From positions 31,453 through 95,452 of the forward strand of contig JADHTB010000009.1 of assembly GCA_016776605.1 (NCBI GenBank): a stretch of 64,000 bases of DNA, written 5' to 3'. Every line of letters begins with the position of its first letter. Within the stretch, counting starts at the first letter, position 1. Positions 28,505-37,108 of the stretch are shown one piece after another. Source of the stretch: Alphaproteobacteria bacterium. GTDB lineage: Bacteria; Pseudomonadota; Alphaproteobacteria; GCA-2731375. The translations under genes were made by a program, and so were the position numbers. The notes under the pieces are model-generated. The model was not told the DNA's origin, made no database searches, and saw only the letters and a program-made list of their open reading frames with translations.

Positions 28505-29194
28505 TTAATGGCCGCCACCGCCGCCGCCGACGTCACCGGATGAGTCGCTATCATCCGGATCCCCCAGGCCTGGATCTTCAGGGGCTGCTGCCGCCTGACT
28601 GACTTGCACACTATTGCCGGCGGCACCTACGGTGGCGCCTTGCCCGGCGGTAACCGTTGCCGCGGCACCGCCATTCACCGGCGTGACGACCACAGCACCC
28701 TCTGCCACCGCGACCTGCGTCGCGCCGTCCTCGGCAACAACGACTGTGAAATCCGTGCCGCGTATGCCGATGTGGCTGGTCGGCGTTCTCAAGCTGACGC
28801 CTTGCTTCTGGATCTTGCCGGTGATGAACCGAAAGACGCCCCGCGACATTGAAGCGACCAGCTCCCCGGCGTTGGTTTCCGCGTTGTAGACGAATTTGTC
28901 CAGAGTAACCGTCGTCGCGGAGCCTAAACGCAGGTCTGTATCGTCGCGAAACAATATGTGCAGGGCGCCCTGACTGATGGTTTCAACGACTTCCTGCGCA
29001 AAGACGGCATCATCGAGATAAATCGGCTTGCGATCGGCGCCCGGCGGACGGCCATAGGCGTATTCGACGACGGCATTTACGGCGCCGATACTGTCCGCCG
29101 CCTGGGCGCCGGCCGGAAAGATCAGCACAGCCAAAAGAAGCAGACCCCCTATCAGAGGTCCCGTAGATAAATTGCGAAGATAATTTTGCATCAT
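28505..29194 (-). CDS. Secreted FecR-domain protein with Gly-rich C-terminal tail
   Basis: Signal peptide 'LIGGLLLLAVLIFPAGAQA'. The central region resembles the FecR/sigma-regulator periplasmic domain. C-terminus '...SSGDVGGGGGGH'. Confidence 0.5.
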   Translation of the reverse strand: MMQNYLRNLSTGPLIGGLLLLAVLIFPAGAQAADSIGAVNAVVEYAYGRPPGADRKPIYLDDAVFAQEVVETISQGALHILFRDDTDLRLGSATTVTLDKFVYNAETNAGELVASMSRGVFRFITGKIQKQGVSLRTPTSHIGIRGTDFTVVVAEDGATQVAVAEGAVVVTPVNGGAAATVTAGQGATVGAAGNSVQVSQAAAAPEDPGLGDPDDSDSSGDVGGGGGGH

Positions 29195-29565
29195 ATTAGC
29201 GCTTCCTTTAGCTCAGGCATCTGAGAGTTATTGAAATCCCGCACGCCAAACTGGTGCGGTGGTCACGCACCAACTTGCACCGTCCCGAGACTTTCATCCA
29301 CACCAATTACGTCGCCGTAAAATGACTACGGCGAATATAGGTCGTGCGATTTAAGAGTCCGTAAGGACTTGTTGGGCTGGTTTCCCGCCCATCTTCCTGG
29401 CGGGATGAATTTGTTTTCTCTGATGCCGCATATTTTGGCTTTTGATTGCTGAATTAATATCAAATGCGTTGCGGTGAATTTCCGCTTGTGATTTCACATA
29501 ATAATATTACTGTAACTAAATTAACACAATTACGCTGCGTCGGCTTGGCGAAGGTGGGGGATTCA

Positions 29566-29679
29566 AATGAAAATTTTAGCTGCGATTAGTCTCATCGTCA
29601 TCTGCATTGGGTTTGGAGCAACGGCAATGGCATGCCCGGCAGGGCAGGTGCCATGCGGGGACAATTCCTGCTGCCGCTA
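29566..29679 (+). CDS. Small secreted Cys-rich peptide precursor (37 aa; not in the ORF track)
   Basis: Strong SD AAGGTGGGGGA 8 nt before ATG. MKILAAISLIVICIGFGATAMA|CPAGQVPCGDNSCCR: a canonical Sec signal peptide with an AxA site, then a 15-aa 4-Cys tail. Lies in a low-GC islet. Confidence 0.4.
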
Positions 29680-29754
29680 ACCTGCTGCCGGTAAATGGCG
29701 ATTTAAAAATTCCATTCTTGATTGGTAAGGCTCTCACTCAAATGGAGTAGTTCC

Positions 29755-30468
29755 ATGCTGAAAGTGCTTCAAGGTCTTGTTCCATCAACAAAGAAGGCTG
29801 GCTTGGCGGTCGGTATGTCTGTGTTGATTTTCCTGATTGTGTCACTGGGCGTATTGCTAAGTGATGTCACACGGGATGACGTGACAACGCTTCACAACGG
29901 ACTTGACGGCACAAAATTTGCGAATGCGGAAGTGGGCTCGTTCTTTGAAGTTTCGACGGATCGGGTACTTGGGCCTCTGTGTGAAGAGGTGTTTTCTAAC
30001 AATGATCAGAGGCTACGGATTCAATCTAAAATCGTGACTGTAATCAACAAACTTGGAGAGACGCTTCCGCTGCTTACCGCATTGACGAACGCGGTGTCTG
30101 ATCCGCCGGATAATAAGAATAATGGACCCAAAATTTCCAATATCCTGAGTTTGCCGGTAATTGAAAATTCCGTGACGTCGGCGACGCTGTGGGAGTATTC
30201 TCGGAATATAATGAATAACAAAGGCGGTAAATGCAGAAAGTATATTGATACGCGAACGAAATTTAGAGAAGTTAGAATTTGCCCTGTCTCTCGTGTCTGG
30301 AAGAACAAGGGTGGCGAAACTGAAGCGGTCTTCTTTGATTCATATGCGATTAATGGGTGCCCCGGCAATGATCCATCCTGCACCGATAAATGCCCGCAAT
30401 TTGCCACTGAACAGTTCTGGACGACAGTAAAAATACAATTTGATCTGCTCGAATCCCGACACAACTAG
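29755..30468 (+). CDS. Hypothetical membrane-anchored protein (N-terminal TM helix), no recognisable family
   Basis: ATG 29755 preceded by GGAG. 'GLAVGMSVLIFLIVSLGVLL' TM anchor. AT-rich codon usage unlike the neighbouring genes. Track ORF 29722..30468. Confidence 0.45.
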   Translation: MLKVLQGLVPSTKKAGLAVGMSVLIFLIVSLGVLLSDVTRDDVTTLHNGLDGTKFANAEVGSFFEVSTDRVLGPLCEEVFSNNDQRLRIQSKIVTVINKLGETLPLLTALTNAVSDPPDNKNNGPKISNILSLPVIENSVTSATLWEYSRNIMNNKGGKCRKYIDTRTKFREVRICPVSRVWKNKGGETEAVFFDSYAINGCPGNDPSCTDKCPQFATEQFWTTVKIQFDLLESRHN

Positions 30469-30486
30469 AACAGTTTCAGAACTGCG

Positions 30487-32535
30487 CTAAGCCGCCGCGA
30501 CCTGCACACGGGTATCGTTGTAACAGGCGCCTTCGGACAGATCGGCCTTGGTGGTGGGGGCCAGGGCGGAGACGGTCTGGCCGTTGGTCGTGGTCCGCAT
30601 CCAGGCACCCTTGTATGACAGCAATACGCCCCTGGCCACGCTGTCGGTGATTTTCAAAGGCAGGAAGACTTCGCCAAGGCCGTTGAAGACGCGCACCTGT
30701 TGGCCGTCCGCAAGGCCACGGCTGCCCGCGTCATCGGGATGCATTTCCAGGGTCGGTGTGGGGTCGGACTTGCTCAGACCGCCGAACATGGAATTGGTTC
30801 GCCAATTTGACGACGGCGTCAACAAGGCAAAGGGATAGGTGCCGGCGGTATCCTCGTCTTCCGCCAAGGTTTGGAAACGGGGCAACGGGGCCGCGAAGTT
30901 TTCCTCCAGATAGGCTGATTTCAACTCTATCCTACCGCTTTTGGTGGTTGGTTTGTATTCATAGCCAATCCGCGGCCCAGGGGTGGCCATGGATAACACC
31001 GTCCCCGTCGGCAATTCGCTGGGCCGCACGCCGCCCAGACGAGGATCGTCGCCGTCAATGGCATCGTCTATCAGTTGCGCATCGCTGGCCTGGAAAATCG
31101 GATCGTTGAAGCCAAAACGCCGGGCCAGACGGCGGAAGATTTCCGTATTGGGCAAGGCCTCGCCGACCGGTTCGATGACCGGCGCGGCCCGTTGCAGATA
31201 TTGCTGACCATAGGCGCAGAATATATCGTCATGTTCGAAATGGCTGGCCGCCGGCAGCACCACATCAGCGTAGGCCGCCGAGTCCGTCAGGGCGATATCC
31301 ACCACCACGGTAAAGACATCTTCGCGGGCCAGGCCGCGCCGCATGGTGTTCTGATCGGGGTGCACCACCAACGGATTATGGTTGTAGATCACCAGCCCAC
31401 GGATCGGCGGGTCGATATCGTCATCGGCCAGATGTCGGCCCACATCGATGATGTTCAAGGTGCGCGTCCCCTCGGGGATCAAATCCGGGCGCTGCAAACG
31501 TTTCGGGGTCTTGGGGAATAGAGTGCCCGCGCCACCGATCAGACCGCCGGCGGGATGGCTAAACTTGCCGGTCAGGGCCGGCAGGGCAAAGATCGCACGC
31601 AGACCGGCGCCGCCGTTGCGGTTCCGCTCCAAACCGTTGCCCGAGGCGATCACCGCCGGCTCCGCCGCATGATACATTGCGGCCAGGGTTAGAATGTCCT
31701 CGGCCGGAACACCGGTGATCCCGGCGGCCCGTTCGATGCTGAATTGGCGCGCTTCGGCCATGAAGTCTTCGGCGCCCTCGACCGCATCCGCGATGAATGC
31801 GGCATCGAATGCGCCGCGCCTCTCCAATTCCGCCGCCAGGGCAAAGGCCAGCACCACGTCGGTACCGGGCCGGGGTGCCAGATGCAAATCCGCCTGCTCC
31901 GCCACCTTGATCCGCTTGGGATCCACCACCACCACCTTGCCGCCGCGGTCCCGGATACGCTGGATCACGGGCGCCAGGTGCAGGTTGGAAAAGGTGACAT
32001 TGTTGCCCCAGACCACGATCAACTGGGCGCTTTCCACGTCCTCCATCTGGGCCCCCGCGATGGAGCCAAAGGTGCCCAGCCAGGCCTCCGTCTTGATGCC
32101 GCCGCACAAGGGCCGGCGCGACAGGATCGAGGCGCCCATTTGATGGAAGAAGCGCAGATCCATGGAGCCCATGGCCAACAGACCGTGGGGGCCGGCGTAA
32201 TTCAACGGCAGAATGGTTTGCCGACCGTGTTTCGCAATGGCTTCCTGAAACCTGTCATGGATTAAATCCAGCGCCTCTTCCCACGAAATCGCCTCGAAAC
32301 GGCCCTCGCCCTTGGGGCCGACGCGCTTCAGGGGCCGGGTCAGGCGGTTGGCGCCATGGACAAATTCCGGGTAAAGCTTGGAAACCTTGCCGCAGATCGC
32401 GCCTTGGGTCAGCGGATTGACGTTGGAGCCGCGCACCTTGCTGATCTTGCCGTCTTCCACGGTGACGTCCAGGGAACAGGTATCGGGACAATCCAGGGGG
32501 CAGACACTCGCCATTTGCTGGGCCAAAAGAGACAC
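30487..32535 (-). CDS. Molybdopterin-dependent oxidoreductase (MopB superfamily, N-terminal 4Fe-4S)
   Basis: 682 aa. N-terminal 'CPLDCPDTCSL' Fe-S motif and MopB catalytic-domain collinearity. The reading frame is continuous, so it is a Cys-type enzyme and not Sec-containing. Confidence 0.75.
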   Translation of the reverse strand: MSLLAQQMASVCPLDCPDTCSLDVTVEDGKISKVRGSNVNPLTQGAICGKVSKLYPEFVHGANRLTRPLKRVGPKGEGRFEAISWEEALDLIHDRFQEAIAKHGRQTILPLNYAGPHGLLAMGSMDLRFFHQMGASILSRRPLCGGIKTEAWLGTFGSIAGAQMEDVESAQLIVVWGNNVTFSNLHLAPVIQRIRDRGGKVVVVDPKRIKVAEQADLHLAPRPGTDVVLAFALAAELERRGAFDAAFIADAVEGAEDFMAEARQFSIERAAGITGVPAEDILTLAAMYHAAEPAVIASGNGLERNRNGGAGLRAIFALPALTGKFSHPAGGLIGGAGTLFPKTPKRLQRPDLIPEGTRTLNIIDVGRHLADDDIDPPIRGLVIYNHNPLVVHPDQNTMRRGLAREDVFTVVVDIALTDSAAYADVVLPAASHFEHDDIFCAYGQQYLQRAAPVIEPVGEALPNTEIFRRLARRFGFNDPIFQASDAQLIDDAIDGDDPRLGGVRPSELPTGTVLSMATPGPRIGYEYKPTTKSGRIELKSAYLEENFAAPLPRFQTLAEDEDTAGTYPFALLTPSSNWRTNSMFGGLSKSDPTPTLEMHPDDAGSRGLADGQQVRVFNGLGEVFLPLKITDSVARGVLLSYKGAWMRTTTNGQTVSALAPTTKADLSEGACYNDTRVQVAAA

Positions 32536-32799
32536 TCCTTAATCGCATGCTGGATCGGAGGCTGACCATCTTCCAAAAGTGGCTGGAATAAAAGAGCCAT
32601 TTCAGACTATTTTATAGGGCCAATTTATGAGACTGCGGAGCAGCCGAAAATTGCGTCAGATTGAAGCAGCAGGCAGGATCGGCAAATTCGGGCTGTTTGA
32701 TCGCGGCGATTGGTGAAACAATTCCCCTGATGATACCGGATACCGATGCCGGATACCGGCGGCACGCACGGCGCCCCGCGCCGATAAAGGAGGCAGTCC

Positions 32800-33216
32800 A
32801 TGACGAAGAAAATCAGCCATATAGGCATTCTAGTGCACGACGCGGACGCCGCCGTCACGCACTGGACGGAAGCGTTCGGTTTCAAGAGGTTCGAGGACCG
32901 CAGGATCGAGGTTGAAGGTATCCGCAGCGTTTTCATTTCCGTCGGCGGAAGCTGGGACGAAATGGTCATCGAGATCATGGAGCCCTTGGACAAATCGAAC
33001 ATGGAGAACGCCTTGTCCCGGCGCCTGGCCAAGGTTGGCGAAGGCTTTTACCACATCTGCCTGGAAGTCGATGATGTGGAGGGCAGCGGCAAGGCGTTGC
33101 GCGACCGCGGCATGACCGTGTTGATGCGCGATCCGACCGAACCCGGCGCCTCGCCCCGATGGCTGGTCCACCCCAAGGACGCCAACGGCGTCATGGTTGA
33201 GGCCCTCAAGCGCTAG
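32800..33216 (+). CDS. VOC/glyoxalase-family protein (methylmalonyl-CoA epimerase-like)
   Basis: 138 aa. 'ISHIGILVHDADAAVTHW...FGF' and 'GFYHICLEVDDV' paired VOC modules. Confidence 0.65.
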   Translation: MTKKISHIGILVHDADAAVTHWTEAFGFKRFEDRRIEVEGIRSVFISVGGSWDEMVIEIMEPLDKSNMENALSRRLAKVGEGFYHICLEVDDVEGSGKALRDRGMTVLMRDPTEPGASPRWLVHPKDANGVMVEALKR

Positions 33217-33237
33217 AGCAGAGGCGGTGGCAGAAGC

Positions 33238-33258
33238 GGGGGCGGGGCAGCCCCGCCT
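33238..33258. terminator. GC-rich hairpin between convergent genes (GGCGGGG-cag-CCCCGCC)
   Basis: 7-bp perfect stem with a 3-nt loop, 20 nt after the VOC stop. No clear U-tract, so it may be a bidirectional or Rho-assisted terminator. Confidence 0.35.
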
Positions 33259-33991
33259 ACAACTTGGCATACAGCGCGAATAACCGTTCCCAATGACGCT
33301 CGGCGGCGTCTCTGTCGTAAACCTTGCGGTCCGGAAAGGCGAAGCCGTGATGCACGCCCGGTTGGATTTCGATCTCGCCCGGCGCGCCCGCCGCCTCGAA
33401 CAACCGGCGCAATTCGTCGACCATGTCGAGAGGTGCGAGGGCATCATGTTCGGCACACGAGATATAGATCTCGCCCTTGACCTGGGCAAAGGTCAGATGC
33501 GGGCTTTCCTCGGCGTCATTAACCAGCCAGGTGCCGTAAAACGAGGCGGCGGCCTTGACCCGGTCGGGATAGCGCGCGGCGGCGGCCAGGGCATAGGGGC
33601 CGCTCATGCAATAGCCGTGCGCACCCACCGGCCCCGCCTTGGCCATATCCTGGCCGTCCACATAGGCCAGCATGGCACCGACATCCTCCATCACCGGGGG
33701 AATGGTCATCTTGGTGCGGACGGCGCGCATGGCGGTGTGGTCATCGCTGCCCGCCTCCAGCACCGTCGGCCCATACATGGTGTCCCGGCCGGCCCGATAG
33801 TACAGATTGGGCAGCAGCACATAGTAACCCACCGTCGCCAGGCGCCGCGCCATGTCGCGCAGTTCCTCGCGGATGCCCGGCGCATCCATCAGCAGAAATA
33901 TCGCCGGATATGGCCCACCCCGTTCGGGATGGCAGACAAAGGTCTCCATCGCGCCGTCTTTGGTGGTGATATCCAATGTCGCTTCAATCAT
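33257..33991 (-). CDS. Dienelactone hydrolase family protein
   Basis: 244 aa. 'GYCMSGPYA' nucleophile elbow in a DLH-like alpha/beta fold. Confidence 0.75.
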   Translation of the reverse strand: MIEATLDITTKDGAMETFVCHPERGGPYPAIFLLMDAPGIREELRDMARRLATVGYYVLLPNLYYRAGRDTMYGPTVLEAGSDDHTAMRAVRTKMTIPPVMEDVGAMLAYVDGQDMAKAGPVGAHGYCMSGPYALAAAARYPDRVKAAASFYGTWLVNDAEESPHLTFAQVKGEIYISCAEHDALAPLDMVDELRRLFEAAGAPGEIEIQPGVHHGFAFPDRKVYDRDAAERHWERLFALYAKL

Positions 33992-34092
33992 TTTGCCGGC
34001 TCCCCATTTTTTTTATGCTGGCGTGACTATATGGTAAAACGGATTTTCAATGGCATACTATGACCCGACAATAAATTGGGAAGGGTACGACC

Positions 34093-35136
34093 ATGGCGCA
34101 TACCGATGACTGGCTGGCACTGACAACGGAAGCGACCCTGGAACCGGATTTGCCGATCTGCGATCCCCATCACCACCTTTGGGATGCGAGCATTGATCCC
34201 GCCGCGCAATTCCGCAACGATCAGGTGGAAAGCCGCTATCTGCTGGATGAATGGCTGGCCGATATTAACAGCGGCCATAATGTGGTCTCGACCATTTTCA
34301 TCGAATGCGGCTCCATGTACCGGGCCGATGGCCCCGCTGCCATGCGGCCGGTGGGCGAGACGGAATTCGTCAACGGCATCGCCGCCATGAGCGCCTCGGG
34401 CCTGTATGGCCCCGCCCGCGTTGCCGCCGGTATCGTCGGCTTGGCTAATCTGAATTTGGGCGCCGGCGTCAGGGAGGTGCTGGAGGCTCATATCACCCTG
34501 GGCGGCGGGCGCTTTCGCGGCATTCGCCATGCCGCCGCCTGGGACGCCAGCGATGAAATTCGCAATTCCCACACCAAACCGACCCCGGGCATGCTGGCGG
34601 ACCCCACCTTCCGTGAAGGCTTCGCCCAACTGGCGCCCCTGGAGATGACGTTCGAGGCCTGGTGCTATCACACCCAGATCCGGGAGATGACGGATCTGGC
34701 CCGGGCTTTCCCCGACACCACGATGATTTTGAACCATTTCGGCGGGCCCATCGGGATCGGTCCCTATACCGGCAAACGCGAGGAAATTCTGGCCCAGTGG
34801 CGCCTCGATATTGATGAACTGGCGAAATGCCCCAACGTGGTGGCGAAGCTGGGCGGCATTAATATGAAGGTCAATGGCTATGACTGGGATTTACAGGCCC
34901 AGCCCCCCGGCAGCGAGGCGCTGGCCGCCGCGACGCGGGTCTATTACGACCATTGCATGGACCGTTTCGGGGTGGAGCGGTGCATGTTCGAATCTAATTT
35001 CCCGGTGGACAAGCGGACCTGCAGCTACAACGTGCTGTGGAATACCTTCAAACGCATCGCGTCGGGTTGTTCGGCAGGGGAAAAAGCCTCTCTTTTCCAC
35101 GACACCGCCGCGCGGGTCTATCGGGTCAATGACTAA
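34093..35136 (+). CDS. Amidohydrolase-2 (ACMSD/TIM-barrel metal-dependent hydrolase) family protein
   Basis: 'CDPHHHLWD' HxH metal motif near the N-terminus. 347 aa. Confidence 0.7.
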   Translation: MAHTDDWLALTTEATLEPDLPICDPHHHLWDASIDPAAQFRNDQVESRYLLDEWLADINSGHNVVSTIFIECGSMYRADGPAAMRPVGETEFVNGIAAMSASGLYGPARVAAGIVGLANLNLGAGVREVLEAHITLGGGRFRGIRHAAAWDASDEIRNSHTKPTPGMLADPTFREGFAQLAPLEMTFEAWCYHTQIREMTDLARAFPDTTMILNHFGGPIGIGPYTGKREEILAQWRLDIDELAKCPNVVAKLGGINMKVNGYDWDLQAQPPGSEALAAATRVYYDHCMDRFGVERCMFESNFPVDKRTCSYNVLWNTFKRIASGCSAGEKASLFHDTAARVYRVND

Positions 35137-35154
35137 TCAGTATCGGATGAAAGC

Positions 35155-36051
35155 ATGACCGAGAAAATTGCGGTAATTGGCATGGGCCAGATGGGCTCCG
35201 CCATGGCCCGGCGGTTGAGCGAGTCCCAGCGGGACGTGATGGGTTACGACATCAACGAAACCGTGCGCCAAAACCTGGCGGCGCAGGGCGTGAATATGGC
35301 CGATAGTCTGGCCGCCGCCCTGGCCGGGCGCACCACCGTCCTAACCTCGCTGCCAGACCCGAAAGCCGTGCACGAGGCCTGGCTGGGGACCGGCGGCATC
35401 GCCGCCCTGGCCGAACCGGGCAGTTTGCTGGTGGAATTGAGCACCATCGATCCCGATACCATGAAAGCCGTGGGCGGTCAGGCGACAGCGCTGGGCCACG
35501 CGGTTCTGGACTGCCCGGTCAGCGGCAGCCCGAACGAGGCCGGCACCGGCAAGTTGGTATTATTGGTGGGTGGCGAGGCAGCGGTACTGGAACGCGCCGG
35601 GCCTTTGTTTGATATTCTGGGACAGACCTGGCAGCACACCGGTGCGGTCGGCACCGCCAAGGTGGTCAAAATCGTCAACAATATGATGTCCATGGGCAAC
35701 GTCCTGGTCGCCTCGGAGGCATTTGCCCTGGGCGTCGCCGCCGGCGTCGATCAGCAAAGGCTGTTCGAGGTGATCTCCGTCTCCGGCGGCCGCTCGCACC
35801 ATTTCACCAAACGTTTCCCCAACGCCCTGAAGGACGATTTCGCCCCTGGCTTCAAGATGGAACTGGGCGAAAAGGACCTCTCCCTGGGCATCGATCTGGG
35901 CCGCGCCATGAAAATGCCCACCCCCACCGCCTCCCTGGCCCGCGAGATGTACGCCCTGGCCCTGGCCGAAGGCTACAGGGGTCAGGATATCGTCGCGTTG
36001 ATGGACATGTACCGCCAATGGGCCAAGGGCCGCGGGACGTCAGAAGAATAA
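35155..36051 (+). CDS. NAD(P)-dependent 3-hydroxyisobutyrate/6-phosphogluconate dehydrogenase-like oxidoreductase
   Basis: 'KIAVIGMGQMGSAMARRL' Rossmann motif and 'VVKIVNNMMSMGNVLVASEA' of the HIBADH family. Confidence 0.8.
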   Translation: MTEKIAVIGMGQMGSAMARRLSESQRDVMGYDINETVRQNLAAQGVNMADSLAAALAGRTTVLTSLPDPKAVHEAWLGTGGIAALAEPGSLLVELSTIDPDTMKAVGGQATALGHAVLDCPVSGSPNEAGTGKLVLLVGGEAAVLERAGPLFDILGQTWQHTGAVGTAKVVKIVNNMMSMGNVLVASEAFALGVAAGVDQQRLFEVISVSGGRSHHFTKRFPNALKDDFAPGFKMELGEKDLSLGIDLGRAMKMPTPTASLAREMYALALAEGYRGQDIVALMDMYRQWAKGRGTSEE

Positions 36052-36084
36052 CGCCTGGGTCCATGGCGCCCCGTAAACAACAGG

Positions 36085-36456
36085 CTAATTCGCGGCGTAA
36101 AAGGCCAGTTTATTGCCGTCCAGGTCGCGTGCGTACGCAAAGGTCATGCCGCCGCCGCCCCTCGGGCCGACTTCGCCTTCATCGCGGCCGCCCAATGCCA
36201 ACGCCTTGGCATGAAGTTTCGCCACGGTTTCGGCATCGTCCACCATAAGAGCCACCATGGTGCCGTTGCCAGCGCTGGCGGGCTGGCCGTCAAAGGGCTT
36301 GATAACGCCAAGCATGGCGGCGCCCGCCTTGCTCGACCACAGCACCAGACGTTCGTTCGGGACAATTTTCTTCAGCCCCAGATCGGCAAACAGGGCATCG
36401 TAAAATGCCGTGGCTTTTTCGAGATCGTTGGTTCCAAGGGTGGTGTAGCCGATCAT
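36085..36456 (-). CDS. VOC/glyoxalase-family protein
   Basis: 123 aa. 'MIGYTTLGTNDLEKATAFYDALF' and 'MTFAYARDLDGNKLAF'. Confidence 0.65.
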   Translation of the reverse strand: MIGYTTLGTNDLEKATAFYDALFADLGLKKIVPNERLVLWSSKAGAAMLGVIKPFDGQPASAGNGTMVALMVDDAETVAKLHAKALALGGRDEGEVGPRGGGGMTFAYARDLDGNKLAFYAAN

Positions 36457-36543
36457 GGTTCAGGTATCCTTTGTGATTGAATGAGGCGATTTGCATTGGA
36501 ATATGACGAATAAATCCGCTCAGGTCTGGTTTTTTTGCTGCCG

Positions 36544-37065
36544 CTAAGCTTCCATCAGAATTGGCAGGGCCTGGGCATAGGCGGCCTCGGCCAGGGTCTT
36601 GATTTCAGGCAAGGTGCGGCTGCCGATGGGGTGCTCGACCATGATGAAGGGATAATCGGGCAGACCCAGCATGCGGGCAATGTTCCTGACCGTCACCTCG
36701 AACGGTTCGGTACAGACAACAACCGCACGCTTGCCTAGTTGTTCGAAGCTGATGCCGTCATGCAAACTGCACGTTGAGCAACTGCCTCAATCTCCCAGAC
36801 CGGTAATCAGGAAATCCACGTCATTTGCGGCCGCCTGCAATGTTTTGCCGGGTGCGGGCGCCGAGGCATTGCTCTTTGAGAAGATCGGTAGAATGATGCA
36901 GCCATGGCGCTGTTCGAACAGCGCCGCGGTCTCCCGCAGCATGTTGGTGGCGTTTAGCTTACCATTCTCCAACAGCCCGATGGTCTTGCCCTCCAGGTCC
37001 GGCAACGGCGCTGCGCGGGCATAATTCCGCTCCGGCCCCGTTACGGTAGGGTCATAGAGTTGCAT
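36544..37065 (-). CDS. UGSC-motif selenoprotein candidate (in-frame TGA at 36787-36789 read as Sec; motif D-U-G-S-C-S-T-C)
   Basis: Track ORFs 36787..37206 and 36544..36765 (minus) are in the same frame, separated only by TGA plus 7 codons (GSCSTCS). Start trimmed to ATG 37065 with a GGAGGAGAAAC RBS. ~173 aa with Sec at residue 93 in a UxxCxxC context. Confidence 0.65.
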
Positions 37066-37108
37066 GTTTCTCCTCCAATCATTGTTCTTGCTGCTGTCAT
37101 GGCAGCAA

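Noticed and set aside
30487-32535. Checked the molybdopterin oxidoreductase for a Sec codon (formate-dehydrogenase-type enzymes are frequent selenoproteins)
   Set aside because: The reading frame is continuous with no internal TGA, so it is a Cys-type enzyme. No recoding claim is made.
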